A stretch of 64,000 bases of DNA from Candidatus Amesbacteria bacterium (GTDB taxonomy: Bacteria > Patescibacteriota > Microgenomatia > CAZETR01 > Amesbacteraceae): positions 13,018 to 77,017 of the forward strand of contig DAHWUD010000002.1 in assembly GCA_027331445.1 (NCBI GenBank), read 5' to 3'. How positions within the stretch are numbered: position 1 is the first letter of the stretch; every line of letters starts with the position of its first letter. The notes under the pieces were generated by a model that saw nothing but the letters and a program-made list of their open reading frames with translations, did no database searches and was not told the DNA's origin. Both the position numbers and the translations under genes were made by a program. Shown one piece after another: positions 20,671 through 32,059 of this stretch.

Positions 20671-20992
20671 GTTTTCTTTCCCAGAAAATCGTCAATCCCA
20701 CCAGAATGACGCAGGTAGTCACCAGCTGCAGCTCCAAAAATGCGTGCTGCCAGCCCACATTAATAATTGACTGTACAGCCGCCAAATCCATAATTACCCA
20801 GACTACTCCCAGCACCCCGTAAATAATAATCTTTCCCCAAAAATCCACCTTCCTTTGCGAGTTCCAATACCACGCCTGCCCGGTCAGCAGCCCCACCGCC
20901 AAAATAAACGCCGCGATTTCTTCCCACATGGACACGGCTATCACCGCTGCTGCCATCCCAAAACTCCACCACGCCATCTTATTTTCATTCAT
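20645..20992 (-). CDS. Small membrane protein
   Basis: Four hydrophobic segments; TATAAT just upstream. Confidence 0.65.
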   Translation of the reverse strand: MNENKMAWWSFGMAAAVIAVSMWEEIAAFILAVGLLTGQAWYWNSQRKVDFWGKIIIYGVLGVVWVIMDLAAVQSIINVGWQHAFLELQLVTTCVILVGLTIFWERKRGQKTKVR

Positions 20993-21012
20993 ATAATTTA
21001 TTATAGCGCATC

Positions 21013-21037
21013 AAAAAACCCGCTCGAAAGCGGGTTT
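21013..21037 (-). terminator. Intrinsic terminator after 16S rRNA
   Basis: AAACCCGC-TTTCGA-GCGGG followed by T6 on the minus strand. Confidence 0.8.
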
Positions 21038-21176
21038 CAGAAAAAGTGAGATTTGTACCCTTAGCAGTGGTAGGAAAGTAGCGACCGGCCGCGCTTTGAC
21101 GTTTGCGCGCGTCCTACTGATGTGCCGTTTTGTTGTCTGAGCAAACGGCCAAACGCTCAGGGGTCAATAACTCCTA

Positions 21177-22667
<1,491 letters not shown>

Positions 22668-22760
22668 CAGGTTCAACGAACCTATCTATAATTCCTACCA
22701 CTACTAAAAGTACAAAATCTCTCACTTTTCAAAGAGCCAGAGTCCCCCATGGCGAAGCTA

Positions 22761-22789
22761 ATTCTACTCCGGGAATCCTAATTTGGCAA
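22761..22789 (-). promoter_or_regulatory. 16S rRNA promoter
   Basis: TTGCCA-17 nt-TAGAAT; boxA-like GCTCTTTGAAAA downstream. Confidence 0.7.
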
Positions 22790-22797
22790 CCCGCAGT

Positions 22798-23016
22798 CTA
22801 ACACCGTTCCGCCCCGCCGGAGGCATATGCGTCCAAAAACTGCTTCAGACCACAGTTTTCCGGGCACTCTTCCCCGCCGTGTGCCTGTTTACATTCCTGC
22901 TGCGACCGCCTGACCTTCTCAATAAAACGCCCGCTCACGGCGGAGTTAACGTCCAACCCAAACCATCTCTTTTCGTCCCTGGCACAAAAAAGCGGTGATA
23001 TTCTGCTTATTTCCAT
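22798..23016 (-). CDS. Small Cys-containing hypothetical protein
   Basis: TAGAAT 6 nt before the ATG (leaderless pattern); five Cys. Confidence 0.5.
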   Translation of the reverse strand: MEISRISPLFCARDEKRWFGLDVNSAVSGRFIEKVRRSQQECKQAHGGEECPENCGLKQFLDAYASGGAERC

Positions 23017-23025
23017 GCTCGTATT

Positions 23026-23547
23026 CTAACTTAGGATCTTATATAACGCTATCCCCGTACTCACTACCACATTTAGGCTTTTATTCACCCCCCACATGGG
23101 GATCTCTACCACCGTGTCAGCCACCATAAGCGCTCCCCGGGACACCCCTTCGGTCTCATGCCCCACCACCACAGCCACAGGCAATTCCACACTCAAATCT
23201 GTCAGTTTCACCGCCCCGGGGCTTTGTTCCACAGCCACCACCGTTAATCCCGGCACCTTTGCCCGTAAATCGGCGATTGCTTCAGCGGCCGTATCCAAAT
23301 GCCTCCAGGGCACCCACTCCTCTGTTCCCACAGCCGCTTTATGAATCCGTGAGGATGGCGGCCTCTCGCTGCCCCCGCACAGAATTATCTCCCTGGCGGC
23401 AGTAGCATCCGCCAGCCGGAATATCGACCCGATGTTATACGTATCCAGCACGTTATCCAGCACTATATATATTGGTTTCCTCTCTATCCTCGTCAGCTGC
23501 TCAGGCGTCGGCAACGTTACCCGCAGCTGCTTCGCATTCAATTTCAT
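23026..23547 (-). CDS. TrmH/SpoU-family RNA 2'-O-methyltransferase
   Basis: LDNVLDTYNIGSIFR, VGHETEG, IPMWGVNKSLNV. Confidence 0.93.
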   Translation of the reverse strand: MKLNAKQLRVTLPTPEQLTRIERKPIYIVLDNVLDTYNIGSIFRLADATAAREIILCGGSERPPSSRIHKAAVGTEEWVPWRHLDTAAEAIADLRAKVPGLTVVAVEQSPGAVKLTDLSVELPVAVVVGHETEGVSRGALMVADTVVEIPMWGVNKSLNVVVSTGIALYKILS

Positions 23548-23561
23548 GTCCCGATTTTACC

Positions 23562-24440
23562 CTATTGCCATCCGGAAGGAAGTGACGCCCAATCGTTTTG
23601 CCCGCCAAACAGCGCGTCATGCATCTGCCAGAACTTTCCTTGATCCTCAGCACAGGCTGCCACCTCGGCCGCTTTTTCCGCATTGGGGTGAATCTGCCTC
23701 AAAGGATATTGCTTGTACGCCAGCAGGTACTTCCCGCTGTAATTCTGCTCGATCTGCTTAAACGTCTGGTAAGCCTGTTCGCAAAAAGGACACTGGAAAT
23801 CCGAATATTCCACAATCACCACTTTGGCATTGCTCGGTCCCTGGGTCGGCGCGTTCCCGATAGACACCTGCTTCGGCACCGGATTAAATGCCTGCTGCGC
23901 TGCTGCCTGCTGCAGTGTCTGTGAATAGCTCTTGATATCACTGGTCGCCGTCCCCGCCAGCACCTTGTCAATAATCTCCTTAAAGGCGTCGTACGGAAAA
24001 GCCCCGCCCACGAACATCCCGTTTATGAAAAATCCCGGTGTCCCCTGCACCCCCAGGCCCTGTCCTTCTGTTTCCTGCGCCGTAATATCCGCCTCTTTAC
24101 TTCCCGAATTCACGCAGCTGTCCATTTTATTCACGTCCAAACCGATCTGCTTAGCATAAGTGTCCGCCGCGGCTTTGAAAGTAGCGTATTTGCCCGGAGC
24201 CGCACTCGCTGCTCCCGCTGCTCCCGATCCGGGTACTATCGCGCTCGTTCCGCCCTTGTTCCACAAACTCCCCATCACAAACGCCATGACTACTATTACT
24301 ATCACTAAGACCGGCCCCAATTTATCCCACATGCCTTTTTCTTTCATCGGTTGGCCGTACATCATCATCGGTGCCGCCGACGGCTGCATTTCCGGCATTT
24401 CCGCTGCCGCTTCCGCTTTCTTAGTTCGTCTTACTGCCAT
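23562..24440 (-). CDS. Membrane-anchored DsbA-family oxidoreductase, circularly permuted
   Basis: GVQGTPGFFING precedes EYSDFQCPFC and AAEVAACAEDQGKFW. Confidence 0.88.
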   Translation of the reverse strand: MAVRRTKKAEAAAEMPEMQPSAAPMMMYGQPMKEKGMWDKLGPVLVIVIVVMAFVMGSLWNKGGTSAIVPGSGAAGAASAAPGKYATFKAAADTYAKQIGLDVNKMDSCVNSGSKEADITAQETEGQGLGVQGTPGFFINGMFVGGAFPYDAFKEIIDKVLAGTATSDIKSYSQTLQQAAAQQAFNPVPKQVSIGNAPTQGPSNAKVVIVEYSDFQCPFCEQAYQTFKQIEQNYSGKYLLAYKQYPLRQIHPNAEKAAEVAACAEDQGKFWQMHDALFGGQNDWASLPSGWQ

Positions 24441-24475
24441 AGTCGAATGTTTATATCACAAACTTCACTTAACAA

Positions 24476-25396
24476 TCAATGCCCTTCTTCTGTCAGCCAC
24501 TTTTCCGCGTCCAGCGCCGCTTCACACCCGTAGCCCGCCGCCGTAATCGCCTGCCGGTAAACATGGTCATGCACATCTCCCGAGACAAACACGCCCGGAA
24601 TATTAGACATGGTTTTGTAATTCTCCCCTTCCCGCCTGGCATACCCCTTTTCATCTAGGTTTACCTTGCCGGCAAAAATTTTCGTCGCCGGGGAATGCCC
24701 GATGGCCACAAACACTCCCTCTACCTCCATCGCGGATCCGTCTTTAAATTTCACCCCCGTCACTTTATCTCCCCCCAGTACTTCCGCCACTTCCGTGTTA
24801 AATTTCACTTTTATCTTCGGATTACTCTTCACCCGGTCCTGCATAATCTGGCTGGCCCGGAAACTTTCCCGCCGGTGTACTATCATCACTTCGGACGCAA
24901 ATTTAGACAGGACCAGCGCCTCTTCCATCGCCGCATCTCCCCCGCCCACCACGATCACCCGCTTATTTTTGAAAAACGCCGCATCGCACGTCGCACATGA
25001 CGATACCCCTTTCCCGATCAGCCGCTGTTCAGAAGGCAGCCCCAGCCAGTTAAACTGAGCCCCCGTGGCAATAATTATCGACCGGCCCGTATACGCCCCG
25101 CTGGCCGTGTTTATTTTATATGGTTTCTCACTAACTTCCATTCCCGTCACATCCTCGTCTTCTATAACGACCCCGAATTTCTCCGCTTGTTTTCGCATAT
25201 CCGTCATCAGCTCCGGCCCCTGAATTCCTTCCGGAAATCCCGGGAAATTCTCCACCAATGTCGTCAACATCAGCTGCCCTCCCCAACTCGCTCCGGCCAG
25301 AAGCAATGTCTTCAGGCTCGCCCTGGAGGCATAAATTCCCGCCGTCAACCCCGCCGGCCCGCTTCCTATTATTATCACGTCGAAGATTTCATTCAT
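24476..25396 (-). CDS. trxB: Thioredoxin reductase
   Basis: GSGPAG, CATCD, GGGDAAMEEA, YRQAITAAG. Confidence 0.97.
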   Translation of the reverse strand: MNEIFDVIIIGSGPAGLTAGIYASRASLKTLLLAGASWGGQLMLTTLVENFPGFPEGIQGPELMTDMRKQAEKFGVVIEDEDVTGMEVSEKPYKINTASGAYTGRSIIIATGAQFNWLGLPSEQRLIGKGVSSCATCDAAFFKNKRVIVVGGGDAAMEEALVLSKFASEVMIVHRRESFRASQIMQDRVKSNPKIKVKFNTEVAEVLGGDKVTGVKFKDGSAMEVEGVFVAIGHSPATKIFAGKVNLDEKGYARREGENYKTMSNIPGVFVSGDVHDHVYRQAITAAGYGCEAALDAEKWLTEEGH

Positions 25397-25399
25397 GTC

Positions 25400-25717
25400 C
25401 TACACCCCGGCTTTGGCTATCAGATTCAAATACCCCTGCTTGCCGGCAAATCCCACCTGCCGGGCTATTTCTTTTCCGTCTTTAAACAACACCACCGTGG
25501 GAATGCTCATCACCCCAAACTTTCCGGCGATATCCGGCTCCGCGTCCACATCCAGCTTGGCTATGGTCACCTTGCCCGCATATTCATCCGCCAATCCGTC
25601 GATCACCGGCCCCGCCATCTTGCACGGTCCGCACCACTGCGCCCAAAAATCTACCATCACCACCCCGGATTTGGTCTTGTCGTCAAAATCCGCCTTCGTC
25701 AAATGGATTGCTGCCAT
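25400..25717 (-). CDS. trxA: Thioredoxin
   Basis: WCGPC, SIPT. Confidence 0.97.
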   Translation of the reverse strand: MAAIHLTKADFDDKTKSGVVMVDFWAQWCGPCKMAGPVIDGLADEYAGKVTIAKLDVDAEPDIAGKFGVMSIPTVVLFKDGKEIARQVGFAGKQGYLNLIAKAGV

Positions 25718-25762
25718 ACCAAAACTTTATAACACACTTTGTCCACCTCTTACAACCCCAAA

Positions 25763-25812
25763 AACTATCTCGCTGCCCTCCCCCTAGATTAGGAAGAGGG
25801 CAGGGTAGGAGT
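25763..25812. repeat. Degenerate copy of palindromic MITE/REP-like repeat
   Basis: CCCTCCCCCTA-GAT-TAGGAAGAGGG...GGAGT. Confidence 0.5.
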
Positions 25813-25818
25813 AACTCA

Positions 25819-25989
25819 CTACGCCGTATAAGGGTACAGATGCCCTACTACCCCGAAAAACACCAACAGCCAGCCCAAATTATTTATATATCCGTAATTA
25901 AAATACGTTTGAGCTAAAATCCCCAAACCCAAGCCCAGGGTCGTATGCACAATGGCCGTATAGTTTGGGTGTTGCTTCCAGTATTCCAT
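25819..25989 (-). CDS. Small two-TM membrane protein (56 aa)
   Basis: ATG at 25989 (MEYWKQHPNY...), two hydrophobic helices. Confidence 0.6.
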   Translation of the reverse strand: MEYWKQHPNYTAIVHTTLGLGLGILAQTYFNYGYINNLGWLLVFFGVVGHLYPYTA

Positions 25990-26036
25990 AAATTTTTCTC
26001 TTTTCCCCCTGTGTCCTGTCTTACCTGCCATCCTGC

Positions 26037-26579
26037 TCACCCCCTCACCGTCATCAGTATTTCCCACACTAATGCTGCCGCCCATCCCATCACCGTCAGG
26101 CTATATTCGCTTTGGCTGAATTCCCGGGCAAAAATCCAATACCATTTCTTCCAGTCCCGCTCCGCCAGCAATTCCGCCAACAGCCGTACTCCCAATCCCA
26201 ACACCACTCCCGACCCCAAAGCGCTGCCATTGCTGGTCACAATCCATATTCCCAAAATCATGACGATCGTTCCCGTCAGCACGTTTCTCACCGGCAATTG
26301 GTTCCTTTCACCCCTGGTCTCCCGTAGCAGCTTCCAGGCTTCCTTATAATTTTTCCCCGCCAACAAACCTTTCACTCTCTGACAGGTCAGTTCCTGCGGG
26401 TTGCACACCATGACATAAAAAATGTCATCCAGGTCCGCCAGCAGCCACCCGATTATCCACCCCGCCACTACCAGGATATCGTCCCCCCACCGCCAGTAAA
26501 ATATTCCCCCGACAATCAATTCCCGGGCTATTCTGGCCGCCATAATAAAACCGATGGGGATTATCTGCCACTTCTTCAC
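26037..26579 (-). CDS. Hypothetical membrane protein
   Basis: Multiple TM segments. Confidence 0.65.
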   Translation of the reverse strand: MKKWQIIPIGFIMAARIARELIVGGIFYWRWGDDILVVAGWIIGWLLADLDDIFYVMVCNPQELTCQRVKGLLAGKNYKEAWKLLRETRGERNQLPVRNVLTGTIVMILGIWIVTSNGSALGSGVVLGLGVRLLAELLAERDWKKWYWIFAREFSQSEYSLTVMGWAAALVWEILMTVRG

Positions 26580-26622
26580 TCGTTCCAGTATGACCCAAAA
26601 ATCCCCGCCTTGTCAAAAACCG

Positions 26623-26889
26623 TCATTTTTTACCGGCACTTCTTAGCTCTTTCATCTTCCACATAAACAGCGCACCTTTGCGCTCCACATTGGCATCCAG
26701 CACGTACCGCCGGCACTGCTCCAATATCGCCCGGTCAGTTTCCTTCGCCAGCTTGATGTACAAAGCTTTATGCGGCAGGTCAGCTAGCTCCGCCGCCAGC
26801 CGGTACCCATAATCCTGATACTCCCGCGTGACAAATTTATTTCTCTCTACCGGGTTTTTTTCTTCAATCAGCTGCTTTAAGGATTTCAT
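26623..26889 (-). CDS. Hypothetical protein downstream of pth
   Basis: EYQDYGYRLA..KALYIKLAK..GALFMWK; overlaps the pth stop. Confidence 0.7.
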   Translation of the reverse strand: MKSLKQLIEEKNPVERNKFVTREYQDYGYRLAAELADLPHKALYIKLAKETDRAILEQCRRYVLDANVERKGALFMWKMKELRSAGKK

Positions 26890-27373
26890 CGGCAATTTTG
26901 TCCAGTACTCCATCTAAAATTACCTTCTCCTCACCTCCGAATTTCTGCAGCACATATTCTTCACCTTCCACGGGCATTATCCGATTATCAATCCCGATTC
27001 TTATTCTCCAAAACTGCTCCGTCCCCAAAGTCTGCTCGATCGAATTAATTCCCCCGTGTACTTTTGGCCCTTTTCCCATCTGAATCTTATATTCCCCCAG
27101 CCTGATATCCAAATCGTCATGGGCCACATACAGCTCGCCTTCCCTATTTTTAATCGCCTCCCGCACCATCCGTCCTGAATCATTCATAAATATCCCCGCT
27201 GACTTCACCAGCACCCACCCCCGGCTTTCATACACCATAACCTCCTTTTGCCTTCTCCACCCGTAATCACTGGGGATTCTTTCCGTCAGCTTGTCGGCCA
27301 GCACCATCCCCGCGTTATGCCGCGTGAACGCATACTCCGGACCCGGATTTCCCAGCCCCACTACTATCTTCAT
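26864..27373 (-). CDS. pth: Peptidyl-tRNA hydrolase
   Basis: VGLGNPGPEYAFTRHNAG, FMNDSG, HDDLD, HGG, RIRIGI. Confidence 0.96.
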   Translation of the reverse strand: MKIVVGLGNPGPEYAFTRHNAGMVLADKLTERIPSDYGWRRQKEVMVYESRGWVLVKSAGIFMNDSGRMVREAIKNREGELYVAHDDLDIRLGEYKIQMGKGPKVHGGINSIEQTLGTEQFWRIRIGIDNRIMPVEGEEYVLQKFGGEEKVILDGVLDKIADEILKAAD

Positions 27374-27401
27374 ATTGCCATTGTACAGCAATATTCCCAG
27401 G

Positions 27402-27743
27402 CTAGTGGCTGATTTTAGCTGTTATTTTATCCGCCCAGTTGGCTATCACCGGCAATTTTATGGTTTTGCCCTGGTACACCTTCACAGCTACCACCAACTG
27501 CAATATCAACCCCGCCACCCAGACAAATGGGGACAGGATCAGTAAAATCACCGTCAAAGCCATCACCCAGGAGATCACTCCCAAGGCTAGTGCCAGCAGC
27601 AATCCCTGCACGGCGTGCCATTTCACCCCTTTATCTTTCTCCACGATAAACAGCACCAATGCCGCCACCCACCCGATAAACGGCGCGTAGCACAAAGCTC
27701 CGGCAATATTTGCATCCAACCCGGTAGAAGTTTTTTCTGCCAT
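27402..27743 (-). CDS. DUF4870-like membrane protein
   Basis: GLDANIAGALCY, EKD..VKWHAVQ, KLPVI. Confidence 0.8.
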   Translation of the reverse strand: MAEKTSTGLDANIAGALCYAPFIGWVAALVLFIVEKDKGVKWHAVQGLLLALALGVISWVMALTVILLILSPFVWVAGLILQLVVAVKVYQGKTIKLPVIANWADKITAKISH

Positions 27744-27776
27744 CTCAAATCACCGCCCTTCTGTAACCATCATAGG

Positions 27777-29474
27777 TTACTTCTTTTGCAACTTAAATAG
27801 TCTGTTTAGTTCCTCAATCGATGTGGTATCCTCCGGCTGCTTTTCCCGGAAGCTCACCAGCCGCGGAAACCGCAATGCCCACCCCGAAGAGTGCATGGGC
27901 GATTTGGTAATCTCATCGGCCAATATCTCCACCACGATTTTCGGTTTCACCCATACATCACACGCCATCTGTTTTGTTACATCAAAATTCTCCGGTTTAT
28001 CCTGAACCTTGATTCTTGAACATTGATCCTTAATTTGTCTCCACTCTTCATCGGTCAGCCCCGTACCGATCTTAGCTACCGTCTTGTATTTATCAGTCTT
28101 TTTCTCGTACACCCCGATCAGGAAATCTCCGATCCCGAAACCCGCCCGCTTTCCCTGACCCGCGTCATATCCCATAACTACCGCGTCAATCGTATCGGAA
28201 AGCGCCGATTTATCGTAACTTTTTTTATATTTAATCCAGTTAAAATCCCGGCTGCCGGAACGGTAAACCCCGTCCAGTTTCTTCACCACCACCCCTTCCG
28301 TTCCCGCCGCCAAAGCTTGCTGGAAAAACTCTTCCAATTCTTCCTCTGATCTGACTATTCTTCTGGGCATTAATCTCACCACTTCGCCCTTTTTTACCAC
28401 TTCCTCCAGTTTTTGCCACCGCTTGCTGTTCGGCTCGTCTAAATAGCTTTTTCCGGATGCAGACAGTACATCAAATACATAATACTTGAGCGGTACTATG
28501 GCCATCATCTCCTCAATCCCGTACTTTCGTTTTCTCTGCACCGTCTCCTGAAACGGCAGATATTTACCCCGTCTGTCCACGGCGATCATCTCCCCGTCCA
28601 GAATACATACCGCCTCCACCTGTTTTTTTAACCCCTCCGTTATCTCCGGGTACATCGCCGTCACATTCTCCATCCCCCGGGAAAACAGCGTCACTTTATT
28701 TCCCTTCACGTGGCCCTGAATCCTCAGCCCGTCCAGCTTGTGCTCCGCCGCACTTTCTTTATCCCGCTCCCAGATTTCCGCCACGCTTTTAGCCCTCTCC
28801 GCCCTGGCCACCAACACCGGCGTCCCCACTTCCGGATCCACGGACAACCCCCGCACTCCTTTGTGCTTTTTTATCATCTCCGCCACTTCCCCCAAATCTG
28901 CCCGCACGTTATAAATGCCCTCAATTTCCTCCCGCAGCTTTTTATCCCCGGTCAGCATCCACGATAAGCTGTCCAGCACTGTCATATCCGAAAAACCCGT
29001 CCTCAGCTTTCCCAAAACAATTTTGACAATATATTTTGCCGATACCGGATCCGCTTCCCTGGCCAAATCACTCAATAATCTAATTTTCTTTTCCTGGCTT
29101 CCCTCCCCGCCGGCCTCCGCTATCTGAAGCAATCTCTTGTATACCTGTTCTATACCCAGTTTCCCTCCCTTGGTACCCGATTCCCGCTGCTTGATTCTTT
29201 CCGCCGTCTTTCCCAGGTCCCCTTCCGTCTTAAATATCTTTTCCGCGTCTTCACCTCCCAACAGCTTGATCGCTTTCAGCACCTGCTTGTCTGCCAATCC
29301 CGTATCCGGGTTGGCGTACGCCGGACCCAACCGCCCCGCCGACAGGTACGCCATAAGTTTTGCCTCCTCGGGCGTCGCTTCCCGCCACATCTGAGCCAAA
29401 ATCTGCGTCATTGTCAGCCGGCTGCTTGTCCCCTCCAGTTGCTGCAGGTACCGAGCGAACTCTTCAAAACTCAT
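27777..29474 (-). CDS. lig: ATP-dependent DNA ligase (archaeal/eukaryotic type with N-terminal DNA-binding domain)
   Basis: EHKLDGLRIQ (motif I), LDGE, EGVVVK, WIKYK, LRFPR. Confidence 0.95.
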   Translation of the reverse strand: MSFEEFARYLQQLEGTSSRLTMTQILAQMWREATPEEAKLMAYLSAGRLGPAYANPDTGLADKQVLKAIKLLGGEDAEKIFKTEGDLGKTAERIKQRESGTKGGKLGIEQVYKRLLQIAEAGGEGSQEKKIRLLSDLAREADPVSAKYIVKIVLGKLRTGFSDMTVLDSLSWMLTGDKKLREEIEGIYNVRADLGEVAEMIKKHKGVRGLSVDPEVGTPVLVARAERAKSVAEIWERDKESAAEHKLDGLRIQGHVKGNKVTLFSRGMENVTAMYPEITEGLKKQVEAVCILDGEMIAVDRRGKYLPFQETVQRKRKYGIEEMMAIVPLKYYVFDVLSASGKSYLDEPNSKRWQKLEEVVKKGEVVRLMPRRIVRSEEELEEFFQQALAAGTEGVVVKKLDGVYRSGSRDFNWIKYKKSYDKSALSDTIDAVVMGYDAGQGKRAGFGIGDFLIGVYEKKTDKYKTVAKIGTGLTDEEWRQIKDQCSRIKVQDKPENFDVTKQMACDVWVKPKIVVEILADEITKSPMHSSGWALRFPRLVSFREKQPEDTTSIEELNRLFKLQKK

Positions 29475-29483
29475 AACCGCATC

Positions 29484-29675
29484 TTACACTAAACCTTTCA
29501 ACAAATAATACCCCGCGGCCACCATGCTCAAAAATACGCATCCCAAAAATATGCTCACCCACCCCCGCTCCAGTCGGGATATTTTATACAGTCCCTCCCC
29601 GACGAGCGTCATCCCAAAAAGCGCCGGGAGTGCCAGCATGATAAATACCGTCTGCGAAGCATTCCCTGCCGTCAT
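29484..29675 (-). CDS. Small membrane protein
   Basis: Two TM helices, tight operon spacing. Confidence 0.65.
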   Translation of the reverse strand: MTAGNASQTVFIMLALPALFGMTLVGEGLYKISRLERGWVSIFLGCVFLSMVAAGYYLLKGLV

Positions 29676-29676
29676 A

Positions 29677-30765
29677 TTACTTTTTTAGCACATATCTGGC
29701 GGCTTTAGTTGATCCTCTTTTCACTGCCACTCCCTTTTCCATCAGGTACCGCATTTCCCGCAGTATCGTATCTTCCGACACCATGGACAACAACCCCCGC
29801 GCTTCATTCATCCCTATCTCCCCGTTGGCATTGAGGTACTCCACTATTTTCATCTGCCGTTCCGACAGCGCCACCTGCTTCCCCATCCTCTTTTTAATCT
29901 TGATGTCCACCGACAGCTCCCGTATCAGCTCCTTTATCCTAGTCAACTCCACGGCCAGCGCCCGGGTAAATGTTTCCAGCCAGGGTGTAAGATCCCGGTC
30001 TACCAGGACCGGGGTCTGGTTTGATACTTCCATCAGCGACCCGAAATATTCATCCGCATGCTTGTCAAAATACTCCTCCAGGGCAAAAAATTTCTTGATG
30101 TTGTAGCCCTCCTCAAACAGCACCAGCGTGGCAAATGCCCTGGCCGTCCGCCCGTTTCCCTCCACAAACGGGTGCACCGCCGCCAGCACGTAATGTGTCA
30201 CTCCCGCCCGCAGCACCGGATGTTCCATCTTCGCTTTCTCGCCGTTCAGCCAGACCAGGAAGTCATCCACCAAAAACGGCACCTCCAGGGCCGTCGGCGG
30301 CCGGAAACCAATCTCTCCGGTAACCGAATTTTTTAGCACCACTTGTGTCTCCCGCAGCTGGCCCGCCTGCTCCCGGGGCACAATCTTATCCACCACTAAC
30401 CGGTGCATCTCCAACAATAAATCCATGGTGTACGGCCCCTCCCCCACCACCGTATCAATAAATTTCAGCACGTTCCGGTAATTGATCACTTCCTGCACGT
30501 CCCAGTCCCGGGCCACTACTCCCTCCTTTTCCGCCTGACCGACCGTCGTCACCTCTTTTTCCACTATGATTTTGGCCTCCGACAGAGTCAAGTCGTTCCC
30601 TTCAAGCGTCGTCCCGTAATGCGCCGCCTTTACCACCGCTTCATCCTGGAACTTGGCCTCCCAAGCCGGCACCAGCGGCGCATTTTCAATCACTTCTTTT
30701 GCCGCCTCCACCAATCCGATATTCTTCAAAATCTCCGTCGTGATGGTATACTTTGGAATATACAT
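29677..30765 (-). CDS. Fic-domain protein with C-terminal HTH
   Basis: HPFVEGNGRTAR; C-terminal winged-HTH-like segment. Confidence 0.92.
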   Translation of the reverse strand: MYIPKYTITTEILKNIGLVEAAKEVIENAPLVPAWEAKFQDEAVVKAAHYGTTLEGNDLTLSEAKIIVEKEVTTVGQAEKEGVVARDWDVQEVINYRNVLKFIDTVVGEGPYTMDLLLEMHRLVVDKIVPREQAGQLRETQVVLKNSVTGEIGFRPPTALEVPFLVDDFLVWLNGEKAKMEHPVLRAGVTHYVLAAVHPFVEGNGRTARAFATLVLFEEGYNIKKFFALEEYFDKHADEYFGSLMEVSNQTPVLVDRDLTPWLETFTRALAVELTRIKELIRELSVDIKIKKRMGKQVALSERQMKIVEYLNANGEIGMNEARGLLSMVSEDTILREMRYLMEKGVAVKRGSTKAARYVLKK

Positions 30766-30781
30766 ACCCACAGGCTATCAC

Positions 30782-30850
30782 GCAGGCAATGTGGATTGGC
30801 GCGCTCAGAGACGCATCCAGAGTCGAGCACGACAAGACACATGCCGAGTG
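30782..30850. repeat. Dispersed intergenic motif (copy 1 of 2)
   Basis: GCAGGCA..GCGCNCAGAGA..GAGTCGAGCACGA..CATRCCGA shared with 49474-49550. Confidence 0.5.
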
Positions 30851-30897
30851 CAAAATTGTCTGCGTTTATTTTACGGTAAATCTGCGGGAATTACAAC

Positions 30898-31212
30898 ATG
30901 AACAAACGCTTCCACCTCCAATTAGTCACCCAAATGCTGGTCCTTTGCACCAGTGCCTTCGGCCTGGTCGCCGCCCTGGCCTGGAATACCGTCGTCCAAA
31001 CATTCATTAACGACTTTATTAAGCCCCTTATCCCCGCCGGCCAATCCGTCATTGTCTCCGAATTAATCTACGCCGTTATTATCAGCGCCCTGGTCATCTC
31101 CCTCACCATCTACCTCACCAGCATTAAAGAAAAACTGGAAGAAAAGCTCAAATCCGGTCTTCCTCCTGTTTCATCACCTCAAACACCTTCTCCGCTACGT
31201 CATCGGCGTTGA
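30898..31212 (+). CDS. DUF5654-like membrane protein
   Basis: TSAFGLVAALAWN, YAVI. Confidence 0.8.
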   Translation: MNKRFHLQLVTQMLVLCTSAFGLVAALAWNTVVQTFINDFIKPLIPAGQSVIVSELIYAVIISALVISLTIYLTSIKEKLEEKLKSGLPPVSSPQTPSPLRHRR

Positions 31213-32059
31213 AGTTATACCCTACCCTGGCCGCCAACTCCTCTGCCGTCTTTTTGACTACCAAACTTCCCGCCGCCGCTGCCAGCAATGGCGGATTTTT
31301 AGCCAGCAGCCCCACAATCACCCCCGCCAGCACGTCTCCGGTCCCCCCGTGTGTCAAGCCCGCGTTTCCGCCGTCGATCTCGTAAGTCGTTTCCCCGTCG
31401 CTCACGTACCCCACCGCTCCCTTCTGCACCACCACACAATGATGCCTCTTAGCAAATTCTTCGATAGAACTCCCCCCCTCCTCCTCTTTGATTAAAGAGA
31501 GGGGGTCCCGCAGGACGGAGGAGTTCAAAATTTCCCATTCTTTACGATTTGGCGTTACTATGGCCTCTTTTGGTATCCAAGCAGGATCCATCACCTGCAA
31601 ACTTCCCCCATCAATTACCCATTTTTTATGGGGAAACTTGGACAATAGATCGCGAGTTAATTTCCTCGTTTCTCTACCCGCGCCGTCCAACAAATCCATT
31701 TCCTTCTGACTAGCCGATCCCTCTTTTTTAAACCTCATCAAACCCGGACCGATCAGGACCGCATCTGACTTCTCAATATATTTACCCAAGTCTTTCCACG
31801 GTACCCAGATAAACGAGCTCAGGCCTACTTTTATCTGGGCCACTACCTCCGCCAGACTCGGCTCAGGAGACGCAAAAAATACCATGTCTGCTATCCTGGA
31901 AGCAGTTTTAAGCGACAATATCGGCGCCCCATGAAATAGGCTCGACCCCCCGATTATCGTCACCTGCCCATTATCTTCACCTTGTGAATCTACTCTCGGC
32001 ACCCACAGCTTTCTCAAGTCCTCCGCAATAAACTTAATCACAAATTTATTATATTCCAC
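31148..32059 (-). CDS. nnrD: ADP-dependent NAD(P)H-hydrate dehydratase
   Basis: IIGGSSLFHGA, IGPGL, VTPNRKE, GGTGDVLAG. Confidence 0.92.
   Translation of the reverse strand: MEYNKFVIKFIAEDLRKLWVPRVDSQGEDNGQVTIIGGSSLFHGAPILSLKTASRIADMVFFASPEPSLAEVVAQIKVGLSSFIWVPWKDLGKYIEKSDAVLIGPGLMRFKKEGSASQKEMDLLDGAGRETRKLTRDLLSKFPHKKWVIDGGSLQVMDPAWIPKEAIVTPNRKEWEILNSSVLRDPLSLIKEEEGGSSIEEFAKRHHCVVVQKGAVGYVSDGETTYEIDGGNAGLTHGGTGDVLAGVIVGLLAKNPPLLAAAAGSLVVKKTAEELAARVGYNFNADDVAEKVFEVMKQEEDRI
31468..31525. repeat. 58-bp palindromic repeat inserted in frame within nnrD
   Basis: AACTCC...CCTCTTT-GATT-AAAGAG...GTCC-CGCA-GGAC...GGAGTT. Confidence 0.65.
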
